Below the pieces are notes generated by a model. The model was given only the letters and a program-made list of their open reading frames with translations. It did no database searches and was not told where the DNA came from. From NCBI GenBank assembly GCA_019419585.1, contig DXZQ01000016.1:318-64317 (forward strand): 64,000 nt of DNA, written 5' to 3'. The stretch comes from Collinsella sp. Lineage in GTDB: Bacteria > Actinomycetota > Coriobacteriia > Coriobacteriales > Coriobacteriaceae. The translations under genes and the position numbers were made by a program. How positions within the stretch are numbered: the stretch's first letter is position 1; every line of letters begins with the position of its first letter. This document shows, in pieces, positions 1 to 9,771 of this stretch.

Positions 1-2807
1 CCGTCGAAGACGGGCGTCGCGGTGAAGAACGGACCGGGGACGTACTTGTCGGAGTCGGCATTCTCGGTATCCCAACCGCAGGCGGCAGCCCAGCCAAGGT
101 GGCACTCGAGCAGCTGGCCGACGTTCATACGCGAAGGAACGCCCAGCGGGTTGAGGATAACGTCGATCGGGGTACCGTCAGCCATGTAGGGCATGTCCTC
201 GACCGGCAGAACGTTACAGATAACACCCTTGTTGCCGTGGCGGCCGGCGATCTTATCGCCCTGCTGGATCTTACGACGCTGAGCGACGTAGACGCGCACC
301 TGCTCGTTGACGCCGGGGGCCAGGTCGTCGCCGTTCTCGCGGCTAAAGCGGACGACGTCGATGACGCGGCCGTAAGCGCCGTGAGGCATCTTAAGGGAGG
401 TGTCGCGGACATCGTGCGCCTTGGCACCGAAGATGGCGCGCAGCAGGCGCTCCTCGGCGGTCAGAGCGCTCTCGCCCTTAGGCGTGACCTTACCGACCAG
501 GATGTCGCCAGGGCCGACCTCGGCGCCGATGCGGATGATGCCGTCCTCGTCGAGGTTGGCAAGCATGTCCTCGGAGAGGTTCGGGATCTCGCGGGTGATC
601 TCCTCGGGGCCGAGCTTGGTGTCGCGGGCGTCGATCTCGTGACGGGTGATGTTGATGGTCGTCAGCAGGTCCTCGGCCACCAGGCGCTCGGACACGACGA
701 TACCGTCCTCGTAGTTAAAGCCTTCCCACGGCATGTAGGCCACGGTGAGGTTCTGGCCCAGTGCGAGCTCGCCATGATCGGTCGAAGGACCGTCAGCCAG
801 GGGCTCGCCCTGTTCAACGGTATCACCGACGCGCACGAGCGGACGGTGGTTGATGCAGGTGGACTGGTTGGAACGCTGGTACTTGGCCAGGTGATACTCG
901 TCCATGCCGCCGGCATGCTTGACGATGATCTTGGCGGCGTCGGCAAAGATGACCTCGCCGGCGTTCTTGGCCAGGGTGACCTCGCCGGAGTCCAGAGCGG
1001 CGCGACGCTCCATGCCGGTACCGACATAGGGAGCGGCGGGGTGAACCAGCGGCACGGCCTGACGCTGCATGTTAGCGCCCATCAGCGTACGCTTGGCGTC
1101 GTCGTGCTCAAGGAACGGGATCAGCGTGGCTGCGACGGAGAGCATCTGGCGCGGCGAGACGTCCATGTAGTCGACGTCCTCGACGGGCACGTCGGCGGGA
1201 GCGCCGAAGGAGCCGTCGAAGTCGCGGGTACGGGCGATCACGGTGTGCGGACGGACGATCTTGCCCTCGGCATCGGTCGTGATGAACTCGTTGGTCTTGG
1301 GATCGAGCGGCGTGTTGGCCGGCGCGATGACGTGCTTCTCTTCCTCGTCAGCGGTCATCCAGTCGATCTGGTCGGTGGCAACGCCGTTCTCGACGCGACG
1401 GAACGGGGCCTCGATGAAGCCATACTCGTTGACGCGGGCGTAGAGGGCGAGCGAGCCGATCAGGCCGATGTTGGGGCCTTCGGGGGTCTCGATCGGGCAC
1501 ATGCGGCTGTAGTGCGAGTTGTGAACGTCGCGGACGGCCGTCGGCACGTTGGTGCGGCGGCTGGAGCCGGACTTGTGGCCGGCAAGACCACCAGGGCCGA
1601 GTGCGGACAGACGGCGCTTGTGGGTCAGACCGGTCAGGGGGTTCGCCTGGTCCATGAACTGCGAGAGCTGCGAGGAACCGAAGAACTCCTTGATGGAGGC
1701 CACGATCGGGCGGATGTTGATGAGCGACTGCGGGGTGATCTCGTCGATATCCTGGGAGCTCATGCGCTCACGGACGACGCGCTCCATACGGCTCATGCCG
1801 ATACGGAACTGGTTGGCGACAAGCTCGCCGACGGTGCGGATGCGGCGGTTGCCAAAGTGGTCGATGTCGTCGACCTTGAAGCCCTGCTCGCCGGCAGCGA
1901 GGGACAGGAGGTAGCGCAGCGTCGCAACGATATCCTCGTCGGTGAGCACCGTGACCTCTTCCTCGGTGGTGAGGTTGAGCTTCTTGTTGACCTTGTAACG
2001 ACCGACGCGGGCCAGATCGTAGCGCTGCGGGTTAAAGAGCAGACCCTCGAGCAGGCTGCGGGAAGCGTCCACGGTGGGAGGCTCGCCCGGGCGCAGACGA
2101 CGGTAGATCTCGATAAGGGCATCCTCGCGGGTGAGGGCGGTATCGCGCTCGAGCGTGCGCTTGATCACATCGGAGTTGCCGAGCAGCTCGATGATGTCGT
2201 CGTTGGTGACGGCGATGCCCAGGGCGCGCAGGAACATCGTGGCGCTCTGCTTGCGCTTACGGTCGATGGAGACCATGAGCTGGTCGCGCTTGTCGACCTC
2301 AAACTCGAGCCAGGCACCGCGGGACGGGATGATCTGGGCCTTGTAAATCTGCTTGCCCGAATCCATCTCGGAGCTGTAATACACACCCGGGGAGCGGACG
2401 AGCTGCGAGACGACGATACGCTCGGTACCGTTGATGATGAAGGTGCCCTGATCGGTCATCATGGGGAAGTCGCCCATAAAGACGAGCTGCTCCTTGATCT
2501 CGCCGGTCTCCTTGTTGGTGAGACGGACGTCGGTCAGAAGCGGAGCCTGATAGGTCATATCCTTCTCGCGGCACTCCTCGACGGTGTGCGCGGGGTCGCC
2601 GAACTGATGCTCGCCGAAGGTAACCTCGAGAACATGGTTCTGGCTCTGGATGGGGCTGGATTCCTTGAACGCCTCACGAAGGCCCTCGTCCTTAAAACGC
2701 TCAAAGGATTCCCTTTGAACAGAGATAAGGTTGGGGAGCTCCATGGCCTCCGGGATTTTCCCGAAGCTGACGCGCTTGCGCTCAGTGGCAGTGTATGCGT
2801 AGGTCAC
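1..2807 (-). CDS. rpoB: DNA-directed RNA polymerase subunit beta, N-terminal ~935 codons (C-terminus runs off the left edge)
   Basis: Minus-strand GTG at 2807 with AGGAGG at 2817-2822 and an in-frame TGA at 2823-2825. It translates [20 protein letters not shown]... Internal blocks [23 protein letters not shown] (~1450-1520) and [16 protein letters not shown] (~200-245) were read directly. It is absent from the ORF track because it has no stop inside the window. Confidence 0.95.
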   Translation of the reverse strand, partial: MTYAYTATERKRVSFGKIPEAMELPNLISVQRESFERFKDEGLREAFKESSPIQSQNHVLEVTFGEHQFGDPAHTVEECREKDMTYQAPLLTDVRLTNKETGEIKEQLVFMGDFPMMTDQGTFIINGTERIVVSQLVRSPGVYYSSEMDSGKQIYKAQIIPSRGAWLEFEVDKRDQLMVSIDRKRKQSATMFLRALGIAVTNDDIIELLGNSDVIKRTLERDTALTREDALIEIYRRLRPGEPPTVDASRSLLEGLLFNPQRYDLARVGRYKVNKKLNLTTEEEVTVLTDEDIVATLRYLLSLAAGEQGFKVDDIDHFGNRRIRTVGELVANQFRIGMSRMERVVRERMSSQDIDEITPQSLINIRPIVASIKEFFGSSQLSQFMDQANPLTGLTHKRRLSALGPGGLAGHKSGSSRRTNVPTAVRDVHNSHYSRMCPIETPEGPNIGLIGSLALYARVNEYGFIEAPFRRVENGVATDQIDWMTADEEEKHVIAPANTPLDPKTNEFITTDAEGKIVRPHTVIARTRDFDGSFGAPADVPVEDVDYMDVSPRQMLSVAATLIPFLEHDDAKRTLMGANMQRQAVPLVHPAAPYVGTGMERRAALDSGEVTLAKNAGEVIFADAAKIIVKHAGGMDEYHLAKYQRSNQSTCINHRPLVRVGDTVEQGEPLADGPSTDHGELALGQNLTVAYMPWEGFNYEDGIVVSERLVAEDLLTTINITRHEIDARDTKLGPEEITREIPNLSEDMLANLDEDGIIRIGAEVGPGDILVGKVTPKGESALTAEERLLRAIFGAKAHDVRDTSLKMPHGAYGRVIDVVRFSRENGDDLAPGVNEQVRVYVAQRRKIQQGDKIAGRHGNKGVICNVLPVEDMPYMADGTPIDVILNPLGVPSRMNVGQLLECHLGWAAACGWDTENADSDKYVPGPFFTATPVFD

Positions 2808-3071
2808 CAGGTTTTTCCTCCTTCACGGAAATGCTCGGTGGGTTGGCGAGGCATAGCTTCGCCAGTTATCGCAACCTAATAGTTTATCAGGTACCGACCG
2901 TTGGGCAAGAAAAGCCTTGACGCGATTGAGTTTTTGGAGTAGCAAAGTTTTTCGACAGAAAACACGCAGGTAGATGTATGTATATCGAACATCTGTTCAT
3001 ATATTTTCTGTGAACGCACACTCCCCTGCAGGACAACGCCGGCCCCCCGCAACGGCTTACATGGCCCGCGA

Positions 3072-3106
3072 ACAAAAAACGGGTGCAGACCGAAGCCTGC
3101 ACCCGT
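3072..3106 (-). terminator. Intrinsic terminator after galU
   Basis: On the minus strand: acgggtgcag-gcttcggt-ctgcacccgt followed by TTTTTTG, immediately after the galU stop. Confidence 0.7.
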
Positions 3107-3114
3107 GGCACGTG

Positions 3115-4023
3115 CTAGTTGCGCTTAAGACCGCCGCGCTCGTCGATGGCATCCCAGAAGGCGTCTGCAAAGCGAGGATCGCTTGCAGCCATGAGGGCGT
3201 TGGTGGCCATCCAGCCAGAGGGGGTACCGGTGTCGTAACCCGACAGCGGATCGATGACGACGGCGTACATGGCCTCGCGGTCGAGCGAACGGGCCATGGC
3301 GTCGGTGAGCTGGATCTCGCCGCCCTTGCCGGCCTGCTGATCTGCCAGCAGGTCCATGACCAGCGGGCTCAGCAGGTAGCGACCGACGATGTACAGGTTG
3401 GACGGAGCCGCCTCGGGAGCGGGCTTCTCGACCAGACCGCCAATGCGCCAGACAGCGCCCGGCTCGGCATCGGCAACGTCCTCGGCGCCCTCGAGCGAAC
3501 CGACACGCTCGCCGGCGATAACGCCGTAGCGGCTGACTTCCTCGGGCGAGCAAGCAGCGACGGCGATAACCGAAGCGCCACCGTGCTCCTTGGAAACGGC
3601 GAGCATCTTGTCGCAGATGTCGCGGTTAGGCACAACGTAGTCGCCCAGAAGAACCAGGAAGTTCTCCCCTGCCACGGCGTCGGCAGCAGAGCGAATAGCA
3701 TGGCCGAGACCCTTGGGCTCGTACTGATAACGGAAGTCGACCGGCATACCGCCAGCGTGGGCGACGGCGTCGGCATAGGCGTTCTTGCCGCGCTCGCGCA
3801 GCAGGTTCTCAAGCGAGCGATCGGGCTGGAAGTAGTTCAGTAGCTCGGGCTTACCGGGAGAAGTAACGATGATGGCGTCGTCGACCTCCTCGGGATCGAG
3901 CGCCTCCTCGACGACGTACTGAATGACGGGCTTGTCGAGCACCGGCAGCATCTCTTTGGGCGTGCACTTGGTGCCAGGCAGAAAACGCGTGCCAAGACCG
4001 GCGGCGGGGATGATTGCCTTCAT
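3115..4023 (-). CDS. galU: UTP--glucose-1-phosphate uridylyltransferase
   Basis: ORF 3115..4107 trimmed to the internal ATG at 4023. The N-terminus MKAIIPAAGLGTRFLPGTKCTPKEMLPVLDKPVIQYVVEEA is the GalU nucleotide-binding signature. Confidence 0.9.
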   Translation of the reverse strand: MKAIIPAAGLGTRFLPGTKCTPKEMLPVLDKPVIQYVVEEALDPEEVDDAIIVTSPGKPELLNYFQPDRSLENLLRERGKNAYADAVAHAGGMPVDFRYQYEPKGLGHAIRSAADAVAGENFLVLLGDYVVPNRDICDKMLAVSKEHGGASVIAVAACSPEEVSRYGVIAGERVGSLEGAEDVADAEPGAVWRIGGLVEKPAPEAAPSNLYIVGRYLLSPLVMDLLADQQAGKGGEIQLTDAMARSLDREAMYAVVIDPLSGYDTGTPSGWMATNALMAASDPRFADAFWDAIDERGGLKRN

Positions 4024-4270
4024 GTTATTCAAAGATCCTTTCGCAGGCGCAAAAGCGCCCCATGCGTGCGGCACACAGCCGCAGACCAAATTGCGATACG
4101 CAAGCATCTTACCGCTGGAACTATATGTCGCTACAAGGCAGAGACAATTCTTCAGCAGGTCAACGCAAATTATTGCTCGAATGGTGCAATTTTATTGCCC
4201 AACGGCAAGGCACCCGATACGACGCAAATCACAGAACCTGGCAGTTCGAACAACCGATGTCGAGGGACCG

Positions 4271-4310
4271 AAAAACAAAAAAGACGGGGCTCGCAATGCG
4301 AACCCCGTCT
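4271..4310 (-). terminator. Intrinsic terminator after rplL
   Basis: On the minus strand: agacgggg-ttcgcattgcgag-ccccgtct followed by TTTTTTGTTTTT, ~30 nt after the rplL stop. Confidence 0.75.
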
Positions 4311-4337
4311 GCAAAGAAATCTGGCGAGAAAGCCTGA

Positions 4338-4715
4338 TTACTTGAGGGTGACAGCAGCGCCAGCAGCCTCGAGCTTCTCCTTGGCAGCCTCGGCGTCCTC
4401 CTTCTTGGCACCCTCGAGAACAGCCTTGGGAGCGCCCTCGACGACCTCCTTGGCCTCCTTCAGGCCAAGGTTGGTGAGCTCACGGACGGCCTTGATGACC
4501 TGGATCTTGTTGTCGCCGAAGCCCTCGAGCACGACGTCAAACTCGGTCTTCTCCTCGGCCTCAGCAGCGCCAGCAGCGGGAGCGGCGACAACGGCGGCAG
4601 GAGCAGCGGCGGAAACGCCGAAGGTGTCCTCGATAGCCTTAACGAGCTCGGAAGCCTCGAGAAGGGTCATTTCCTTAAGAGCATCGATGATCTCATCGGT
4701 GGTAAGCTTAGCCAT
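4338..4715 (-). CDS. rplL: 50S ribosomal protein L7/L12
   Basis: [34 protein letters not shown]...[25 protein letters not shown]. The start was moved to the ATG at 4715 (AAAGGA upstream). Confidence 0.95.
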   Translation of the reverse strand: MAKLTTDEIIDALKEMTLLEASELVKAIEDTFGVSAAAPAAVVAAPAAGAAEAEEKTEFDVVLEGFGDNKIQVIKAVRELTNLGLKEAKEVVEGAPKAVLEGAKKEDAEAAKEKLEAAGAAVTLK

Positions 4716-4817
4716 TTCTAAGTCCTTTCGGTTTCCGTGCGGATGCACGGAGATCAGTTAAAACACGGCGCGAATGCGCCAGGGGTGCGGCGTTGCCGCC
4801 GCGGGTGAAAACAGCGA

Positions 4818-5339
4818 CTAGGCTGCCTTCTGCTCGGAGACCTGCTGGATCGAACGAGCGAGACCAGAGGAAACGCCGTTGACGCAGACAGCGATGTCGC
4901 GAGCGAAACCGGAGATGAGACCGGCGATCTGGCCGAGAAGCTGGTCCTTGGTGGGCAGCTCGGCGATAGCCTTAACATCATCAGCGGAAACGGCCTTGCC
5001 GTCGGAGATACCGCCCTTGATCTCAAGGACGCCCTTGGACTTAGCGGCGAAGTCCTTAAGGGCCTTAGCGGCCTCGACCGGCTCGGTCTCGTAGAACACA
5101 TAAGCGACGGGGCCGGCGAGGATCTCGTCGATCTCGGGCTGCTCCTGGCTCTTGAGAGCGATCTTGACCAGGTTGTTCTTGTAGACCTTCATCTCGGCGC
5201 CGCACTCGCGAAGCTGATGACGCAGCTCCTGAGCCTGCTTAACCGTCAGACCGTTGTAGTTGACGACGAACAGACCGGCGTTCTCGGCGATACGAGACTC
5301 GATCTCTGCAACCTTGTCGATTTTGTACTGCTGGGGCAT
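4818..5339 (-). CDS. rplJ: 50S ribosomal protein L10
   Basis: 173 aa, MPQQYKIDKVAEIESRIAENAGLFVVNYNGLTVKQAQELRHQLRE... GAGGAGG lies 8 nt upstream and the gene sits directly upstream of rplL. Confidence 0.93.
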   Translation of the reverse strand: MPQQYKIDKVAEIESRIAENAGLFVVNYNGLTVKQAQELRHQLRECGAEMKVYKNNLVKIALKSQEQPEIDEILAGPVAYVFYETEPVEAAKALKDFAAKSKGVLEIKGGISDGKAVSADDVKAIAELPTKDQLLGQIAGLISGFARDIAVCVNGVSSGLARSIQQVSEQKAA

Positions 5340-5620
5340 GAATTACACCTCCTCGAATTCTTTCCGGGCACGGTCCGCCACAAGGACGTGACGGGGGCAT
5401 GTCCAAAAAGAAAGCCCCCGCGCTGCATGAGCGACGGGGGCGAGAAGACATATCTACTCGACCACCTCGGCTGGCGGGATATCCCATTAAGCTCGCGGGC
5501 GATGCCCGTTTGCACCGGCTGTCTCTGGCAGCGGATTCGTGCGTGAACCGAAAGTATTATGGCGGGGACCCCGGCGTCGGTCAACGGGAAACCGGGCTGC
5601 ACACAATTCCACCATCCGGC
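5340..5620 (-). promoter_or_regulatory. rplJ 5' leader with a terminator-type attenuator hairpin (L10-leader-like)
   Basis: A ~280-nt untranslated region lies upstream of rplJ. On the minus strand, gcccccg-N14-cgggggc (5414-5440) is followed by CTTTCTTTTTGG. The position matches L10(L12)4 autoregulatory leaders. No covariance model was run. Confidence 0.4.
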
Positions 5621-5748
5621 CGCGCCGCCGAAGGCCAGGCGCAAGGTTTTCGCTCGGTCAGGTCCTGGGCTCGCTCGGAAAGCACATTAAGTGCTTTCCG
5701 GCTCGTGCGGAATCTACGGAAACCTTGCGCCTGGCCTTCGGCGGCGCG
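5621..5748. repeat. 128-nt palindrome: 29-bp perfect arms plus an inner 9-bp hairpin
   Basis: cgcgccgccgaaggccaggcgcaaggttt (5621-5649) is the exact reverse complement of 5720-5748. The inner hairpin is ggaaagcac-atta-agtgctttcc (~5678-5699). No U-tract on either strand. Confidence 0.9.
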
Positions 5749-5845
5749 TGCCTGCGTCAACTATGGGGCAACCCGGTTTTACGTTGGCTGACGCCCCCAC
5801 TCATAATGCTTAGGTCGGTGGGCTGATGCGTTGCGTCCCTGATGG

Positions 5846-6982
5846 CTACAGGGTTGAAATGAGGGTGGACAGGCGGCGGAGGCCTTCGTCCAGGTCTTTA
5901 TCGGAAACGCAATAGCTGAGGCGGACGTGGCCTTCGGTGCCGAAGCAGTCGCCCGGGACTAGGGCTACGTTGGCCTCTTTGATGGCTTTGATGCAGAAGT
6001 CTTCGCTTGTCAGGCCGAATTGTTTGATGCTCGGGAAGGTATAGAAGGCTCCTGCGGGCTCTACTACGTCGAGGCCCATGGCGTATAAGGCTGCGAGGAC
6101 GCGTTCGCGGCGGGCTCGGTAGACTTTGAGCATGGGGGTTGGGTCGACGGTCAGGGCTCGGGCTGCGGCGTCCATTTCGAAGGAGACGGCACTCGATACT
6201 AGGTATTGGTGAGCTTTTGCGATCTCGGCGATGACGGGTGCCGCTGCCGCGAGCCAACCCAGGCGCCAGCCGGTCATGGCCCAGGGCTTAGAGAAGCTCT
6301 CGATGACCACCGTCTGGTCGCGCAGCTCCGGGTGGCGCTGGGCAAAGCGCTCGTAGCCATCCACATAGACCAGACGGTTGTATACGTCGTCGCAGACTAC
6401 GTAGATGCCCGCCTGCTCTGCCACGCGCGCCACGGCGTCGAGCGATGCCGTGTCGAGGATGCAACCCGTGGGATTGTTGGGCGAGCAGATGACGATGGCC
6501 TTGGTCGCCGGGGTCACACAGGCGCGAAGCGCATCCTCGTCAATCTGGAATTGCGCAGGCTCCGTATCCAAGAAGACCGCCTTGGCGTGGTTGGCCACGA
6601 CGATGCTCTCGTACAGGCCAAAGGCGGGCGTGGGGATAATGACCTCGTCGCCGGGGTTGAGCATAGCCATAAATGTTGCCGACAGGGCCTCGGTCGCGCC
6701 GTCGGTCAGGATGACCTCATCGGCGGAAAACGCCAGACCCGCGTCACCCATATATTCGGACAGTGCCTCGCGCAGGGCGGGGCGACCGTTGTTGGGCGGA
6801 TAGTGCGTGTCGCCGCGGTCCAACGAAGCAGTCACCTCGGCGCTAACCACATCGGGCGTGGGAAAATCGGGCTCACCGAGCGCAAGCGCAATGCATCCCG
6901 GATGCTGCGCGGCGAGTGCGTTAATCCGACGGATGCCGGAGGGCTTGAGCGTGGCAAGCGAGGTGTTCATGGGCAGACGCAT
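5846..6982 (-). CDS. PLP-dependent aminotransferase, class I/II (aspartate/aromatic type)
   Basis: 378 aa with LKPSGIRRINALA...ALGEPDFPTP...NNPTG...SFSKPWAMTGWRLGW (PLP-lysine SxSK motif). AAAGGAA lies upstream. Confidence 0.85.
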   Translation of the reverse strand: MRLPMNTSLATLKPSGIRRINALAAQHPGCIALALGEPDFPTPDVVSAEVTASLDRGDTHYPPNNGRPALREALSEYMGDAGLAFSADEVILTDGATEALSATFMAMLNPGDEVIIPTPAFGLYESIVVANHAKAVFLDTEPAQFQIDEDALRACVTPATKAIVICSPNNPTGCILDTASLDAVARVAEQAGIYVVCDDVYNRLVYVDGYERFAQRHPELRDQTVVIESFSKPWAMTGWRLGWLAAAAPVIAEIAKAHQYLVSSAVSFEMDAAARALTVDPTPMLKVYRARRERVLAALYAMGLDVVEPAGAFYTFPSIKQFGLTSEDFCIKAIKEANVALVPGDCFGTEGHVRLSYCVSDKDLDEGLRRLSTLISTL

Positions 6983-7075
6983 GACGTTCCTTTCGTAAGG
7001 GTTGCACTAGGATAGCGCGGCGGGACGCCGCCGGACGGTGTAACCTAAACGGAAACCAACCGGAAAGGAGGCGGC

Positions 7076-7747
7076 ATGGAGACGACCGCACGCGGCGATG
7101 TACCAAAAACGCTGCAAACCATTGCGTATATCAGTATTCCCAAGAGCGCCGATCTTGAGTTTTTGCTCTGGGACCTGCAGGATGCCATCGCCGCCTATGC
7201 ACAGATTTCCGGCACCGCACTCCCCCATCCAGTCGACTTGGAGGCGGATGATGCCGGCAGCGTTGCCGGTACCGCCGATGGCATTGTGTTCGCCGTTGAA
7301 GATGCACCCAATGATGAAGCGATGGCGCCCATTGAGCAGGTGCTCGACCGCTTTGGCGGCGCAGGGACGCGTGCCTACGTTGTTGTCCAGGCCGACATCG
7401 GCGGCCTGGAGCGAGCACACGGGCTCGTCGTGCGTCTGCGAGCGGCGTGCGACCTTCGTGGGCTGTCATGGTGCGGCGGCGTTGTCGCCTGTACCGGCAG
7501 CGGCTTCGCGGCGCTTCGTCACTCACCGCGCATGGGACTCTTGCGGCGACCGTTTTCGGAAGCGATGGACAAGCTCGTAGGCGCCGTTCGTATGGGCTGT
7601 TCGGTTGAGCATGCGCAGCGACTTGGTGGTGGTAATGCCGAGGACGTCGACGCCGACGGCATGGCTTGCGCCGAGCCAGCCGTGCCCGTGCCGATCTGGC
7701 GAGGCGTTCTGAAACGCCTCGGCGCCCGCACTCAATCAATAATCTAA
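7076..7747 (+). CDS. Hypothetical protein (no family recognised)
   Basis: 223-aa ORF with AGGAGG 7 nt upstream of the ATG and typical GC3-rich codon usage. The two long overlapping minus-strand ORFs look like shadows. Confidence 0.6.
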   Translation: METTARGDVPKTLQTIAYISIPKSADLEFLLWDLQDAIAAYAQISGTALPHPVDLEADDAGSVAGTADGIVFAVEDAPNDEAMAPIEQVLDRFGGAGTRAYVVVQADIGGLERAHGLVVRLRAACDLRGLSWCGGVVACTGSGFAALRHSPRMGLLRRPFSEAMDKLVGAVRMGCSVEHAQRLGGGNAEDVDADGMACAEPAVPVPIWRGVLKRLGARTQSII

Positions 7748-7748
7748 A

Positions 7749-8312
7749 TTAATGAGCTGCCCAGTCAACGGCTTCACTCCAACGCTCGACAAGCCGCTCC
7801 AAACGCCACGCCGCGTTGGCAGGACTCGTCGACGGCAGCACGATGGCGGGTAGCCCCGTCCGCTCTTGTAGATAGCGTTTGTAGAGCCGTCCGGCCGTGC
7901 CGCCGTTGCAAACAACGATCTCGATCGGCGTGGCATCCACAATGCGTTCAATATGTGCCGGCACAACGTTTTTGATGCTAGCGTCACTCGAGCCCTTAAT
8001 GTCGCAGCTCTCGATCACGTCCCACAGGGCCACACCGCCGTTGAGCAGCATAGCCCGCTTGGCAGCAATCGAGGCGGCGAGCGTCGCGGGCTCGCCGCTC
8101 GCCAAAGAGTCTCCCTCGTTGGGCGGCACGGGCGCACCAAGGCACGCGGCCATCACACGCCAAAAGCGGTTCTGCGGATTGCCATAGTAGAAGGCATTGG
8201 CACGCGAGAGCACCGAGGGAAACGACCCCAGCACCAAAACGCGCGAGCGCCGGTCGAACACGGGCTCAAACCCATGCTCAATATGCTGATAGCCCTCGTC
8301 AGACACAGGCAT
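7749..8312 (-). CDS. Uracil-DNA glycosylase superfamily protein, family-6-like (DNA-deoxyinosine/hypoxanthine glycosylase)
   Basis: 187 aa. VLVLGSFPSVLSRANAFYYGNPQNRFWRVM matches the GSFPS...NxFW motifs of UDG family 6. Confidence 0.75.
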   Translation of the reverse strand: MPVSDEGYQHIEHGFEPVFDRRSRVLVLGSFPSVLSRANAFYYGNPQNRFWRVMAACLGAPVPPNEGDSLASGEPATLAASIAAKRAMLLNGGVALWDVIESCDIKGSSDASIKNVVPAHIERIVDATPIEIVVCNGGTAGRLYKRYLQERTGLPAIVLPSTSPANAAWRLERLVERWSEAVDWAAH

Positions 8313-8315
8313 GGG

Positions 8316-9692
8316 CTAGGCCCTCAGCAGATAGCGCACCTCATAGGGTGCAAGCTCGAGGGTACCCGTAAGCTCGACCGTGGGCGCATCGTCGGCAAGC
8401 AGGTCGACAAAGGAGCCGTTGAGCTCGCCGGCTCCAAAGGTATAGGGCTCGTTCACGGCATTGACCGCCACGAGCACCGTCGCGCCGTCACAGGCGCGCT
8501 CGAACAGCAGCTGCTTGTTCTGGATCACCACGTTGCGATAGGCACCGTAGTTGAGAGCACGGGCCGCCGCGTCGTCGACCGAGCGAAGGTGCGCGAGCTG
8601 CTTGATGAAGGCCGTCAGCTCGTTGGGCGCAGGCTCATCGAGCGCAGGTCGCAGCGCCCAGTCGCCATCGGGGCCACCCTTTTCACCGGCAATTCCCCAC
8701 TCGCTGCCATAGTAGACGCACGGGATGCCCGGCATGCCAAAGAGCATGCCATAGGCGGGACGCAGGCACGACTTGTCGGTGAGGATGCTCGCCAGGCGCG
8801 GCACGTCGTGGTTGTCGACAAACGACAGCAGGTGCTTGCCGCGGTAGATGCACCAGGGGTCGCCGCCAAACTGGCGGCGCAGCGAGTGCGCGATCTCGAA
8901 CATATTGACCGAGTTAAAGCTGGAGTACAGGCCCTTGTAGCACTCGTAGTTGGTGCAGGAGTCGAGCATCTCGTCGTTGACGATCTGGTTGTAGTCGCCG
9001 TGGAGCGTCTCACCAATCAGCACAAAGTCGGGCTTGAGCTCACGGGTAAAAGTATGCAGGCGGCGCATAAAATCGCGATCGAGCATATAGGCGACGTCCA
9101 AGCGGAGGCCGTCGATGCCAAAGCCCTCGGCCCAGCGACGCACGGACTCAAGCAGGTAATCGACCACGGCGGGGTTTTGCAAGTTGAGCTTCACAAGCTC
9201 AAAATGGCCTTCCCAGCCCTCGTACCAAAAGCCGTCGCCATAGCAGGAGTCGCCGTCAAAGCTAATGTGGAACCAGTCCTTGTAGGGCGAGTCCCACTTG
9301 CGCTCCTGAACATCGCGGAAGGCCCAAAAACCGCGACCGACATGGTTGAAGACGGCATCAAGCACCACACGGATGCCATGGGCATGCAGTGTCTCGCACA
9401 CGGCGGCAAAGTCGGCATCCCCACCCAGGCGGCGGTCGATATGGCGCAGGCTGCGCGTGTCGTAACCGTGACTGTCGGATTCGAGCGGCGGGTTAATGAG
9501 CACAGCACCGATGCCGAGTTCCTGCAGGTAGCCGGCCCATTGGGCGATCTTCATGATGGGCGCATCGGGGTTGGGCGCAGCGTTGGCAGCCTGGGCGAGC
9601 TCATCCTCGGCAACGGGCGCGGCGTTTTCGCGCGGAGCTCCACAAAAGCCCAGCGGATAGATCTGGTAGAACGTCGTCTCGTATGCCCACAT
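8316..9692 (-). CDS. GH13 alpha-amylase-family glycoside hydrolase (cytoplasmic)
   Basis: 458 aa with GH13 regions GIRVVLDAVFNHVG, GIDGLRLDVAYM, LIGETLHGD and SFVDNHDVPR. No signal peptide. Confidence 0.88.
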   Translation of the reverse strand: MWAYETTFYQIYPLGFCGAPRENAAPVAEDELAQAANAAPNPDAPIMKIAQWAGYLQELGIGAVLINPPLESDSHGYDTRSLRHIDRRLGGDADFAAVCETLHAHGIRVVLDAVFNHVGRGFWAFRDVQERKWDSPYKDWFHISFDGDSCYGDGFWYEGWEGHFELVKLNLQNPAVVDYLLESVRRWAEGFGIDGLRLDVAYMLDRDFMRRLHTFTRELKPDFVLIGETLHGDYNQIVNDEMLDSCTNYECYKGLYSSFNSVNMFEIAHSLRRQFGGDPWCIYRGKHLLSFVDNHDVPRLASILTDKSCLRPAYGMLFGMPGIPCVYYGSEWGIAGEKGGPDGDWALRPALDEPAPNELTAFIKQLAHLRSVDDAAARALNYGAYRNVVIQNKQLLFERACDGATVLVAVNAVNEPYTFGAGELNGSFVDLLADDAPTVELTGTLELAPYEVRYLLRA

Positions 9693-9771
9693 AGCAACCT
9701 CCCGGTAAGCTCAACACAACGACATCCATTGTATGCCCAGCAGGGTGGCTAATTTGCGATGAGAGACGTGG

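Noticed and set aside
99-2879. 926-aa ORF on the plus strand
   Set aside because: It is exactly antisense to rpoB. The translation is low-complexity and rich in G/D/V/A/L/R/H ([24 protein letters not shown]...), which is typical of shadow ORFs in high-G+C DNA. The minus-strand frame gives unmistakable RpoB motifs.
7007-7739. Minus-strand ORFs 7007..7420 and 7131..7739
   Set aside because: They overlap the plus-strand ORF 7076..7747, which has a strong AGGAGG RBS. The minus-frame products are Arg/Cys/His-rich and shadow-like.
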